From Rhizophagus irregularis (lineage: Eukaryota), in the NCBI RefSeq assembly GCF_026210795.1, contig NC_089436.1, positions 1 to 64,000 on the forward strand: a DNA stretch of 64,000 nucleotides. The letters run 5' to 3'. The position numbers were made by a program, and so were the translations under genes. Below the pieces are notes generated by a model, which was not told the origin of the DNA, ran no database searches, and saw nothing but the letters and a program-made list of their open reading frames with translations. Shown here in pieces: positions 50,501 through 62,820 of this stretch (its first letter is position 1; each line of letters starts with the position of its first letter).

Positions 50501-50872
50501 AATGGTTTAAGTCATCGCTTTCATGATAGTAATCATCAATTTCCTCATCCTCATCTTGAAAACTGGAGAGAATTTCCATAGAAGCCTCATCATTATGTAA
50601 GGTAGTAAGATTTTCTTTCTCTATAAGAATTTCTTCATTGTCAGATATTTCCGATATTTCCATAGGAGATGAGCATTCTTCATATGAGTTTTCTTCTTCA
50701 TTTTCTTCATTTTCTTCAAAATAATTTCTTCAGAATGAAGACTTTGGTATGCATTTTCTAGTTCTTGCTCCTCTTGTTCTTTTTTCATATGACGAATTAC
50801 TGTTGTTCTATGAATTTCTTTTCCAATACCATTTGTTAAAGCTTTACAGTGAGTACACGTACACAAAGGCAT
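47551..50872 (-). pseudogene. CACTA/EnSpm (Transposase_21/Tnp2-type) transposase, multi-exon, with frameshifts and a stop
   Basis: MPLCTCTHC; YDMCVNSCCAF...CKFCKEDRY; DIFDG; ASCDGYQIF; NNNLPQELR; WTGDIPALSK..GHNSYSGCRFC; PVDIMHLFFENV; FKAVEWANW; HYLLH..GP...WQFPMERFCG; C-terminal FGQIEYF...FAYIR. Confidence 0.93.
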
Positions 50873-51364
50873 ACTAATTAATAAAATATATATGTATTTT
50901 GGTCTTTTAATAAAAAAGTTTTGTTGGTACTATTTTCTTCGAATTTCAATCTATATATAATCAAATAAAACTAGTCCAAACGTCAGACAAATTTTTTTAG
51001 TTATATAGTTTTTTTAGTTATATAGATTTATCAAAAAATTTATTATTGATTTAATACAAAATATCTATATAATTATAAACAATCTCACAAAAAAATTCGT
51101 TAATATCAAAAAAATTTTTCACAAATTTATTAGTCAGAAATAATATTGAAAAAATCAATCTCATAAAAAAAATTCTCATTAAATCGAAAAAAAAATCTCA
51201 ATAAACAGAAAAAGTTCTCACTAAATCAAAAATTCTCACTAAAAAAAAAATTTTCACACGAATTTATTAGTCAGAACAATATCATTGACTAAAAAAAATC
51301 TCACAAAAAGCCGTAGGATATAGTTCTATAGTCTTAACCCAAACCAAAAAAAAGAATAAACTAT

Positions 51365-51564
51365 CCCTATAAAAAATTTTTATCTGAATATTTCCATTAT
51401 TTCTCCGTGTCTTCCGTAAAAATTCTGTGAAAATGATACATTCACAGATATCCGTGTTAGCGAGATGAAAATTTCCATGATTTAAGGCTATAAATTCCAT
51501 TAAAATGATGCATTCACGGAAAAAAATATGGAAAGATAAAACACGGATCAGATTTTTTACAGGG
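51365..51564. mobile_element. 200-bp MITE with CCCT(A/G)TAAAAAA termini
   Basis: CCCTATAAAAAAT ... ATTTTTTACAGGG. A related partial copy lies in inverted orientation at about 53367-53452. Confidence 0.65.
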
Positions 51565-51815
51565 TATATTTTTTGGGTTAAAAAAAAAATCCAAAATTTT
51601 GATAAATTCCGATTAAAAAAAAACCCTAAAAAAAAATCCAATAAGAATAAAAAAATTTTGGTTAAGTTAACCAAAAGAAACAATAATGATAAAAAGAGGG
51701 ATAAAAAATTAATAAAAAAAAGACTAAAAAGGTAGTTTCGGTTTTTTAGTAAAAATTATTATTATAGAAATGGTTCGTGGTAACTAATGACCGCAAATAA
51801 ATGCATAAGTATTAC

Positions 51816-51936
51816 TTATCTCCTGGCTAATTAGGAATAAGTAAAATTTTACTAGGATTGGATAAATGATCGGCCGAAGGCTGATCATGTTCCGATTCTA
51901 AGTAAAATTTTACTATTCCAATTAGCCAGGAGATAA
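51816..51936. repeat. 121-bp fold-back hairpin
   Basis: TTATCTCCTGGCTAATT.GGAATA.GTAAAATTTTACT...TGATCGGCC-GAA-GGCTGATCA...AGTAAAATTTTACTATTCCAATTAGCCAGGAGATAA. Confidence 0.92.
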
Positions 51937-51941
51937 TTGAT

Positions 51942-52346
51942 TTATCCCCTGCCATTTACACAATAGTAAGTGTTTTATAGTATATCATGAATTTAATATA
52001 GTTTATTTTATTGTTGTATCTTATTTTTCTTTCGCTTGGTTTTTTTTTTCATTTTAAAAGATTTTAAAAAATAATTGAATTTTAAAAAGCTTCGGAACTA
52101 TTACTAATACACTTGAAAAATAATATTGAGATTACAAATAAATTAAAAGAAAGTTTTTCTCATTTGGAAAATGCAAATCTTTCCAAATTACTCAAATTTT
52201 CAAATCAGTCCATTATAGTATAATCAATAGTTAATTTTTACCGCAAAATTTCCTAGAAACGGATAAATAAATACATATAAAATTTGCTATCCAGTAGGTA
52301 TAACTACATTTGCATAATCGTGTAAATGGTGCCGATCAGGGGATAA
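51942..52346. mobile_element. MITE-like element with TTATCCCCTG termini
   Basis: TTATCCCCTG-CCATTTACA versus TGTAAATGG(tgccgat)CAGGGGATAA. Confidence 0.55.
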
Positions 52347-54577
52347 GAGAAATTATACTTTTTTTTTGTTAGTATTAAAATCCAGTTAAAATTTTAATTA
52401 ACTATAAATGTATTAGTTTAAAGATTGGCTATCGTAGTTAGTTAATTATGATATGATAATTACGAAATAGATTGAACGCAAGAATATCACACTTTTCAAT
52501 ATTACACAATTTAAATTATTTATACCGGGTAATCTAAATATGACAAAATTTTTTTAATTAGATAGATGATGGGCTGAGATCCGGATTTCTTAGTTTTAAC
52601 ATTTGAAAAACAATATCTGAAGGTACCATATGTATCATCGAAAAGAAGAAATCTGTAATCTAATAAGGATGTTTAATTAAAATTAAGCCGTGTTTATTAA
52701 AAGCTTTGACCGTTAAAAAGCCTTGATCATTAAAAAGCCTTGATTATTAAAAGCCTTGATCATTAAATTAAATAATTTGATTAAATTTTTTATTATTGTT
52801 AATTAATTAATCCGTTATTATTTTAAAATATTAAAACAAATATTTTTAGTTTACATCCGGATATGTACAGCATAAAATATACAATAAATAATAATAAACA
52901 AATTTTTATAAAATCTAATCAAATGAACTGGTGGCGTCAAAAGATTTGAATTTAATTGATTCATAAAAGATGGCTGAGATCCCGTTCACAACCTCAATCG
53001 TATAATAATAAATCGACCAAATTCTTAACAGTATCACGCTTTGCTATTTATAATAAGTTTAAATCATGAGCTGATGTAAAAAAGGAATGAGGTTAAATAT
53101 CACATGCACTATATTTAGTTTTTTACGGTCTTTAAACTTTAAAAATAAGCGGTATCAAGAAAAATTCGCGAGAATTTTTCTTAAATTCATTACTAATCGG
53201 TCTTTAAACTTTAAAAATAGGCAGTATCAAGAAAAATTCGCGAGAATTTTCCTTGATACTGCTTAATTTTTAAATTAAAACCTTAATTAATACTAAATTA
53301 GCTAAAGCAGTATCACAGAATTATATAAATTTATATAAACCAATCTATCTAATCTCATTAAAGAAGCCCCATGTAAAAAAAAATGTTGATCCGTGTTTTA
53401 TCGTTTCATGTTATCACAGAATTTTTATGGAATTACGGAGGAATAATGGAGAATTGGTTGGCTTTGTGCCACTCTGACATATTAAAAAAAAATACTTGAT
53501 CATCTGTATATTTAAATACCAGTTTTCATCCAGTTTTTCACCCGATTTTAGTCTTACACTATTTTGAAAATAGTGATATAGGGTCAGATCATATTATAAA
53601 TAAATATTTTTTTTCGCTCTTTTTTTTAATTCAAGCAATCATTTAGTATTGAATTCTATTTAATTTTTATTTTATATTAGATCATTATTTCATATATTAT
53701 GTATTTTAAAAAAAAAATTTTTCCATTCATCTAAATCATTATTTAGTTCTTCTTTATCTATTATATAGTAAGTTTAATTAATTTTAATAAATCCTACACA
53801 ATGGTCAATAGCACATACATCAATAAACTCATGAGATTCATTTCCCAAAAATGACAAAAGTCTTATATTATCTTCTTTAACTAATGGATAATTAGATATA
53901 GCCAAAAATACATACATTTTTATCAAACTATTTACAGTACATATTATCAAATAATTAATTCTAGTTCAATCATAATTTCTTCTAATTCATTTTGAAGAGA
54001 ATGACTACATAAAAATTAATAATATCCGTAAATACTAACATTTGATCATAAATATTGTGTTACTGATTTCTTAGATAGCCTATGCTATATTACGCAATTA
54101 ATTTTCCTATATGACTTTATTTGATTTATGTGCTACTGATTTCTTAGATAGGCTATGCTATATTACGCAATTTTACGCAATTTATTTGATTTATGGCTTG
54201 TGATTTTTAAATTTCAGACTGTTTATGGTCGATATTATGCAAATCGTATGACGATTTTAACATGGTGTCCAGTAAATTAACTTTTGTTTTACCTTATTTA
54301 ATATTAAAAATTACTATGTGAATGAGAAATTAATAAAGTAAAACAAATGTAGACTTAAATAACTTAAATATCAATTTATTGGGTAATTTTGGTATTACAA
54401 ACCATTTTTAAGCAATGAAAATTATTAAATATTTAGCATTTAACGTAAGAAATGCAGTAAAAAAATTTTTCCTATTAGAATGGTAGTTTTACAGTCAAAA
54501 ATAAATATCTAAATACCAGAACAAGTAAAAAGCCTCAAGATAAGCTGGTCGATTTCTAATTAAGTATTAAAAATATA

Positions 54578-54746
54578 CATGCCACCCAAATTATTTTGGG
54601 CTGCCGTAATTATAAGTAAAATCCCAAATTCAATTATGGCATCCCAAATTATTTTGGCACTTTACATAGTAAATTATATATAAACCGAATGAATTATGGC
54701 ATCCCAAATTATAATTATGGCATCCCAAAATAATTTGGGCAGCATG
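54578..54746. mobile_element. 169-bp Tc1/mariner-type MITE, TA-flanked
   Basis: TA|CATGCCACCCAAATTATTTTGGGCTGCCGTAATTATAA ... TTATAATTATGGCATCCCAAAATAATTTGGGCAGCATG|TA. Confidence 0.85.
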
Positions 54747-54867
54747 TATAATTAAAAAAACTACTACCAAAAAGCTTAAATACCAGAATGAGTAAAAAGC
54801 CTTAAGATAAGCAGATCAACTTCTATTTAAGTATTAGAACCAAGTAAATTTTCACACATTATTTAAA

Positions 54868-55045
54868 TACGCAAATTTTTTTTTTTAAATACTTTTTTTC
54901 GCGCAAATTTTTTTTTTAAATACTTTTTTTCGCGCAAAAATTTTTTTTTAAATACTTTTTTTCGCGCAAAAATTTTTTTTTAAATACTTTTTTTCGCGCA
55001 AAATTTTTTTTTTAAATACTTTTTTTCACGCAAATTTTTTTTTAC
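54868..55045. repeat. ~33-bp minisatellite
   Basis: CGCGCAAA-T(n)-AAATAC-T(n) repeated about 5.5 times. Confidence 0.9.
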
Positions 55046-55087
55046 TCACACTAAGTACTCTTTTATTCACCAAGCTGTTTTACAAAA

Positions 55088-55777
55088 ATGACTGAAGATA
55101 ACGAAAGTTTTTCAGTCATAGAAAATAACGTTACTACAAAAGATATACTCAATAATATCGATAAAAGCTTTGGAGTCATCACTAATCTATCAAATTTTTT
55201 AGTTGAATTAACACGCACTCAAAATGACACAATAAATGAATTAACTCGTAATCAGGATAAAACAATACATGAGTTATTATGCATGGTAAAAATGTCAATA
55301 TCATCATCATCACCACCGACATCATTTACGTCATCGTCACCACCACCTTCAATATTATCATCATTATCATCGTTGCCCCCATCATCATCTCCACCATCTT
55401 CATCTCCGTCATCGTCATCATTATCTCCGCCTCCGCCATCATCATCTCCACCACCAGTACAACTTTATTCGGCGAAAGATATAAAAATTTGTCTGACAAC
55501 CAACTGGATTTTACCAGTGGAATTTTATAGAGACCCCTGCCATATTTGCCTATATTACAGACACGGATTCAGAAATTGTCCGAATATAATTTTTACAGCA
55601 CAAGAACTTCAGAATATTTGTATAAAGTGTTGGGGACCAATCCATGGAACATCGACAAATTGTACTAATGATCGGGTCACACCTCCGTTTAAAGAAGATT
55701 ATATACAACCAACACAATTAATTCAAAAATTTTTTTTATTTACAACCAACACAATTAATTCAAAAATTTTTTTTTAG
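55088..55777 (+). CDS. Ser/Pro-rich protein with two CCHC zinc knuckles
   Basis: 229-aa ORF; CHICLYYRHGFRNC (Cx2Cx4Hx4C) and CIKCWGPIHGTSTNC; probably spliced at the 3' end (AG|GTAAG near 55778). Confidence 0.65.
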   Translation: MTEDNESFSVIENNVTTKDILNNIDKSFGVITNLSNFLVELTRTQNDTINELTRNQDKTIHELLCMVKMSISSSSPPTSFTSSSPPPSILSSLSSLPPSSSPPSSSPSSSSLSPPPPSSSPPPVQLYSAKDIKICLTTNWILPVEFYRDPCHICLYYRHGFRNCPNIIFTAQELQNICIKCWGPIHGTSTNCTNDRVTPPFKEDYIQPTQLIQKFFLFTTNTINSKIFF

Positions 55778-55834
55778 GTAAGATTTTTAGATTTATACTT
55801 TTTGATTTTAATAATATATTAATATATTTTTTTA

Positions 55835-56122
55835 TTACCAGTGGAATATTATAAAGACCCCTGCCATATTCGCCTATATTATGAACATGGCTTTATAAAT
55901 TGTCCAAGTATAATTTTTACAGTACAAGAACTTCAGAATATTTGTATAAAGTGTTGGGGACCAATCCATGGAACATCGGGAAATTGTACTAATGATCGGG
56001 TCACACCTCTGTTTAAAGAAGGTTATATACAACCAACACAATTAATTCAAAATTTTTTTTTAGGTAAGATTTTTAGATTTATACTTTTTGATTTTAATAA
56101 TATATTAATATATTTTTTTATT
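55835..56122 (+). repeat. Tandem duplicate of the zinc-knuckle exon
   Basis: Closely matches about 55512-55835; the first knuckle carries a C-to-R change. Confidence 0.9.
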
Positions 56123-56304
56123 AATAAATAATAATTAAATTGCCGATATTTTTTGGTCATTAAAGGTAATTAATGATTATATATATATCTTTCAATTTAT
56201 TTTATTATTAATATTTTTATTAACTTTTCTTTTTATTTAAATTAAAGGTCGTAATGAAAATTTTTTTTTTTAACATACATGGTTAAAGATTTTATAATTT
56301 TTTT

Positions 56305-56575
56305 GTTTTTTTCATATAACTGAAGTTTTACCTAGTAGGTTTGCTAGGTAGCATAACTAGGTAAAACTTTAGAATTTTTGAAGTTTTATTTTTTTGTTTT
56401 TTTTTCATATAACTGAAGTTTTACCTGGTAGGTTAAGCTAGGTAGCATAACTAGGTAAAACTTTAGAATTTTTGAAGTTTTATTTTTTGGTTTTTTTTCA
56501 TATAACTGAAGTTTTACCTAGTAGGTTGGTTAGCTAGGTAGCATAACTAGGTAAAACTTTAGAATTTTTGAAAAG
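56305..56575. repeat. Three ~90-bp tandem units, each a hairpin
   Basis: AAGTTTTACCTAGT...GCTAGGTAGC...ACTAGGTAAAACTT, three copies. Confidence 0.9.
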
Positions 56576-58428
56576 TTTTAAGGTTGCCAGGTAACATGAT
56601 AAACTTTTCTTCTAATAAATAATAATAAAAATTAAATAAATTTTTCATAAAAATTTTTAATAATTGCAATCTTAATTTATTAATGTGGATTTTTATCAAA
56701 CATTTTAGTAATACTTAAATATGCAATCATGTATATATTATAGGTATAATTAAAGTACTATGATTTCATATAAAATGGACTTAGTGTCTTAATTTACGTT
56801 AAATAATCAACCAGAAAACATTGATAAAAGTTTTTTGCATACCAATGAAATACTGTAGTTCAGTAAATTTACTACCATACTTGTAAATTCCATATTTATA
56901 TTAAAGAAAAAAGAAAATAAATGATAGCAAAATATTTGCGAGATTAATAGATCTAAATCACGATTGTTAAAGAAAAATTCGCAAGAATTTTTCTTGATAC
57001 TGCTTAATTTTTGTGATACCGTGCTTAATTCCCGATTAATAAAATTGAAATCACGTTTTTAAGAAAAATTTGCGAGAATTTTCCTTGATACTGCTTAATT
57101 CTAATTCAGCTAATTTAGTATTAAGGTTTTAATTTAAAAATTACGCAGTATCTAATTAAATCGTTCAGTTACACTAAATTTTTTTTTTTTTTTGCGAACA
57201 AAAAAAAAAAATTTCAAATTCAAAAAAAAAACGAGTTTTTTTAGTATGTTTTAGTCGTTATCAAGAAAAATTCGCGAGAATTTTCCTTGATACTGCTTAA
57301 TTCTAATTCAGCTAATTTAGTATTAAGGTTCTATCAAAGAATTTCTTGCGAATTTTTCTTGATGATCGTGATTTTTAATCAGACTTTTAAACTTTAAAAT
57401 TAAGCAAGTATGAAGGAAATTTCTTGCGAATTTTCGTTATAAATCAGACTTCTGATGGATTTTTTATATGATCACGTGAAATTATCTATACAGTTTACAG
57501 TAGGGATCAGCATCGCGCATGAATAGAAACCGCGCCCGACCTGCTAGATTATATGGAGATGATGTAATTTTTATTTGTGAAACTAAGGATATTGTTTGTT
57601 GTTTGAATCGTTACCAATTACGTTTAAAGATAACTCTATACTTATAAAAGATGATCGTAAAATCATATGAAATAAAATTTGTATATAAGGGGAATTTTCT
57701 TGATATTCTCACAGGTAGTGGGATCACTGCATCCAAGTTTGATTCAAGTTTTAATAAGAGGAAAAAAAAAATTTTTCCTCTGCCATTTAATTAAAAAGAT
57801 GAGTAAAAAAGACTATCAATATGAGTATATTAAAAGGCAAAACCGTCAGTTTGCGCTGTGATATTCACAAAATAAATATTACATATATGAGAGTATTATT
57901 AACCATAATTAGATAATTAAATTGGTAATTTAAATTTATTTTAATAAATAAAACACCCCTTTGATTTTTTAGATCAATTTGAGACAATTAATTTTTTTCT
58001 CTAAATTTTTAGATCGATTCAACACCCTTATTGACCATAATTAGATTGTAATTAAATTTATTTTAATAAATAAAACACCCCCTTGATTTTTTAGATCAAT
58101 TCGAGTTTATTAAATAGACACCCTTTACAATTAATTTTTTCTCTGGATTTTTAAATCGATTCAACACCCTTATAATTAATTTTTTCTGATTTTTATCGAT
58201 TTAACATCTTTAACATTAATTTTCTTCCTTCAATTTTTTCCTCAAAAATCACCCTTATAATTAATTTTTTCTTTAATTTTTTATCGATTTAACATCTTTA
58301 ACACTAATTTTCTTCCTTCAATTTTTTCCTCAAACTTCCTTCAATTTTTTCTTCTTCCTTCAATTTTTTCCTCAAACTTCCTTCAATTTTTTCTTCTTCC
58401 TTCAATTTTTTCCTCAAAAATCTCAAAA

Positions 58429-59841
58429 ATGGATTCAATCGACAAAGAAAGTAAATTAAAAGAAATTAGTATGTAATGAATGAGATATATAAATTTATGT
58501 TTTTTATTTATGTATTATAAGTTTTTTTTTATTTACTTAATAATTTTTCCAAAAGAACAAAATTTAATAAGGTTCGCCTCAAAGACATTTAAAGAGATGA
58601 AAGAATTAGAAATTAGATTTCTTAATATTTCTAATTCAAACGCTATATTAGAAAATAATGATATTGGGATATTCCGAATTCATTTTGGAGAAAACGATTT
58701 TAATGAAATTGATGAAGAAGAAGTTGATTCAAAAAAACAGTCAATCACAATAAAAAATAAAAAAGTTAATAATTTTTTTATACTTTTAATTCATTAAGAT
58801 TCTATTCATTTTGACAATATATTAATTATGCATTGTTATGCGCAGAAACCGTTTTTATCATCTCCGGCTATTACGATGGCAAGGAATCTACGAGAATTAT
58901 TACTAAATATCGATAAACTCCCAGATCAACAATCTTTTACGATGAACCCGACAAAATTCACAATAATTGAATCATATGTACAATTTTTGTTGAACAAATT
59001 AAAAAGTTCTTCAACAAAAGAAGCTTTTGTTGAAGAACTTAGATGTAATAATAACAATTTCTTAGAAATCGGTCTACCTCCTAATAATGAAAATTTAAAA
59101 GATAATTTTGAGATTACCTCGGAGGTAAATTTGTTAAAAATGGAGGAATCTTCCTTCGAACGAAGTAAGGAAGAAATAATAAGAGCGCTGGTCGCTCAAT
59201 TAATATCAATTTATGACAATGTTCTTCAGGAATATATCGAAGCAGAGATTAATAGACAAAATGGATTTCGTAATTATTTGAATTTTTTAAAGATTTATAA
59301 AAAAATCGAAATATTTTGTAACATATACAAAATCAGATTGAAAGGTCAAACAATAAAAAATCAAACAAATACCAAAATTGTCGATTATAGCAAACAAAAA
59401 ATTAAATTAACAACTCTCACCATCACTCTCAGAGCAGCAAAAAGAATTGATAGGCTATTAAGTCTTTCCAATAAAAATTTTCTCATTGTTGACATATTTC
59501 CTAATTTAGATGTAGCTTTTTTTAAATCGTCGTCAATTAATGTCTCTGCATATGAATGTTGGCTGAAGATCATAGAAACGGGAGAAATAATTTCAGAGGA
59601 GCAAGGATACGAAATCTATCAACAAAAAAAGAAGGAGGAGAATTCATTAAGAGAAAATATTCTTAAACAAGTGTATGAATCGGCGGGATATGAATCGGCG
59701 GAATATGAATCGGCAGAATATTATTACATTGATGAAGAATCACCAAGATACTATTCTGATAATGACAATCCTGATAACGAAGAATCACCAAGATATTATA
59801 CCAATAACGAAGAATCTATTCTTCCTATGGATGAATCTTAA
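58429..59841 (+). CDS. Hypothetical protein, 3 predicted exons, acidic repetitive C-terminus
   Basis: ATG at 58429 and GT-AG junctions that join in frame to ORFs 58480-58797 and 58828-59841. C-terminal YESAE/EESPRYY repeats. No recognised domain. Confidence 0.6.
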
Positions 59842-60381
59842 CTCTTTCCTCCGCTTCCTTTCTCTCTTCTTCTCTCCCTTCTTCGTTATTTTCCTCCTTT
59901 CCTCCCTTCTTCTCTCTCTTCTTCGCTCGTATCCTCCCTCTCTTCTTTTTCTCCTTTTTCGCTCTTTTCTTCCCTTCTTTCCTTCTTCTCTCCTTCTTCG
60001 TTCTTTTCCTCCCTTCCCTTTCCTTCCTCCTTCCTTTTCCTCTTTCATTTCCCTTCCCTTCCCTTCCTCCTTTCTTTTCCTCTTTAATTTCACCAGTAGA
60101 ATCCATTATTTTTTTGATTTTTTGTTCCTCGGCACTTGGTACTGATTTCGTCCGTTTCTTTGGCTCTCTTTTGACACTTTCTTTCACGTTCATGTTTAAG
60201 TCATTGTTTGGGTGTTTTTCTCCTTTTGTTATTTCATTTCTCGGGTTAGTACTTTGATATCCATTTTATTATAATTTTTAAATGTAAAAGTTTATGCGAA
60301 GCGCATGGGAATTTTATATCTGATTTTTTATCTTAATTTTTATAGTCGTCATCTTTACTTTAAAGTACAAAATTAGAAATA

Positions 60382-61103
60382 CAATCGCCACTGGTTACAA
60401 ACCTGGATATACTGAAAACTCGTTATATCGAACCAAATAGTGCAGAACTATTTATCCAAAACTCGTGTTTGTTTGATCAAATATATTATATACTGAATGA
60501 TCACGTGAATTAAAATTGGATAATCTTTTTCTTTATCGGAATACAAAATTTAAAAAAAAACCCAATATTAACACAATATATCAACAAATTATGAAAAATG
60601 TCAACTACAAAAACCTTCCCGTTCATTATTTTTGGAATAAGAAGGCGTGAATGCAAATTAGTATTTTAATGAAATTCTTCTTGAACTTAATCTCTTGAAT
60701 TTAATGCATGAAATTCTTCTAATATTTATTTATTTCTTTTATTTCTTAGTTTTGATGGAAAAATTGATGACCTTGATATGTTAATTTCTAGCTGATATTA
60801 ACGCGTATGGATATGTTCATATTGAGGATGAAATGCTAGAGGGTGGACTTACTGATGAAGAAATTGTTGATAGGGTATGAATACAAAAATGAAATAACTT
60901 ATTTATACCAGAAAAAGTTACTTTGGCAGTAGTTAAAAGATTTATAAACGAATCTATAAGATTTTATACGCAGAAGTGGGTAAAGAATTAAATAATATAA
61001 TATAATAATAAAGATAATTCATAATTCACCTTAATTATTTTTAATCATGTGATTTGATTTTATTGGTAGAATTTATATACCGCGTTATATCCAGTGACGA
61101 CCG
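60382..61103 (+). mobile_element. Deletion derivative of a pogo/Tigger-type transposon
   Basis: Degenerate TIRs (CAATCGCCACTGG.. / ..CCAGTGACGACCG). Internal remnants NLPVHYFWNKKA*MQ (pogo DDE NxKAWM motif) and YVHIEDE...LTDEEIVD. Confidence 0.7.
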
Positions 61104-61679
61104 CAATCTCAATTTTATATATTAATCGAAAAAAATAAGTAGTACCAAGAAAATTCTCAGAAAATTTTCTTGATGATCGCAATTAATTGGATTTAAATTT
61201 AAAAATTGTCAATCGTAATTTCAATTTCAATTTCAATTTATTTATTAATCAGCCTTTGAAAAATAAGGCCCATCAATTTCTAAAAATAGCTAAACGCGAA
61301 TTTAATTTTAATGATTATTCTGTTATATTAACAAAATTGATCAATTTGCGCTTTTTTCTAACAATAATAGTTAGATAATATAAAATAGATAGTCATAATG
61401 CTATTATGTAATAATAAAAAGAGCGATTTCTAATTAAACTCAATTCCAATTGTTTGTTTGTAAATTCTAATCGTTTGATTGCGACGTAAATCATGATCAT
61501 CTTCCGATTTCTGAAACTATTTTTCACAAATATATACTGTATTGATATTGATGGACTGAAATTTAAAATGCCCCATGATTTTTTAGAAAACAACTTATTA
61601 GCATAGCGGCCAATCACAAAGATAGCACTGAAAATATAAGATCAGCTGATACTAACAACTGTGATCTGTATATGGTGAT

Positions 61680-62320
61680 TAAGACCGATTAGAATCACGA
61701 ATTCACGATTATTAAGAAAAATTCTTGGGAATTTTTCTTGATACTGCTTATTTTAAAGTTTAAAGACCGATTAGCAAACTGAAATCACGATTTCAAGAAA
61801 AATTCTCGTGAATTTTTCTTGATAGCTTATTTTTAAAGTTTAAATAAATTGAAATCACGATTTTTTAAGAAAAATTCTTGTGAATTTTTCTTGATGCTGC
61901 TTATTTTAAAGTTTAAAGACCGATTAGCAAACTGAAATCACGATTTCAAGAAAAATTCTCGCGAATTTTTCTTGATACCGCTTATTTTTAAAGTTTAAAT
62001 AAATTGAAATCACGATTTTTTAAGAAAAATTCTTGTGAATTTTTCTTGATGCTGCTTATTTTAAAGTTTAAAGACCGATTAGCAAACTGAAATCACGATT
62101 TCAAGAAAAATTCTCGCGAATTTTTCTTGATACTGCTTATTTTTAAAGTTTAAATAAATTGAAATCACGATTTTTTAAGAAAAATTCTCGCGAATTTTTC
62201 TTGATGCTGCTTATTTTAAAGTTTAATGACCGATTAGTAAACTGAAATCACGATTTCAAGAAAAATTCTTGCGAATTTTTCTTGATACAGACTGATTAGT
62301 AAATTGAAATCACGATTTTT
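61680..62320. repeat. Tandem array of the AAGAAAAATTC..GAATTTTTCTT palindrome unit
   Basis: About 8 alternating units, same family and orientation as 46845-47400. Confidence 0.92.
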
Positions 62321-62384
62321 AAATATGATTGTTTATATTTGACTAACTTTAATAAAGTAGTATGAAAACCCCAATTCTGGCTCA

Positions 62385-62635
62385 CTCCCACCATATAATC
62401 TAAAATACTACCACTTTATATAATCTAATTACCACCATCATATAACCTAATTACCACCACATAATCCACCTACCACTTTTACTATAATTTAACTACCACT
62501 TTCATATAATCTAGCTTACCACCATCATATAATATAATTACCACCATATAATCCACCTACCACTTTTCATATAATCTAGTTACCATCATATAGTTTTATT
62601 ACCACCATACAACTCTATTACCACCATATAATCTG
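62385..62635. repeat. TACCAC(C/T)-ATATAATC minisatellite
   Basis: About 12 degenerate ~20-bp units. Confidence 0.85.
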
Positions 62636-62820
62636 AAAAATATCAACCGAACAAGAAATAGGATTTCAAAGCTAACGGAGCTAAAAAAGGTAAGGAAATA
62701 TTAACCCATCCAGGAAACCAGCCATGGAGTCAATAGAGTGGAATAGCAAGGCAAGCAATTACCCTTATACTGAGAAAAAATGTAATTGAATAAAAGATTC
62801 ATATATAAAAGGTTTACAAG

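Noticed and set aside
46352..52342. CCCTGATC(A/G)G pair as TIRs of the CACTA element
   Set aside because: Only about 8-10 bp match, and the right-hand copy is better explained as the end of the 51942-52346 element.
59675..60193. Overlapping Lys/Arg/Glu-rich and Phe/Ser/Leu-rich ORFs (also 19870-20121 and 12592-12806)
   Set aside because: Products of low-complexity CT/GA tracts that lack stop codons by composition.
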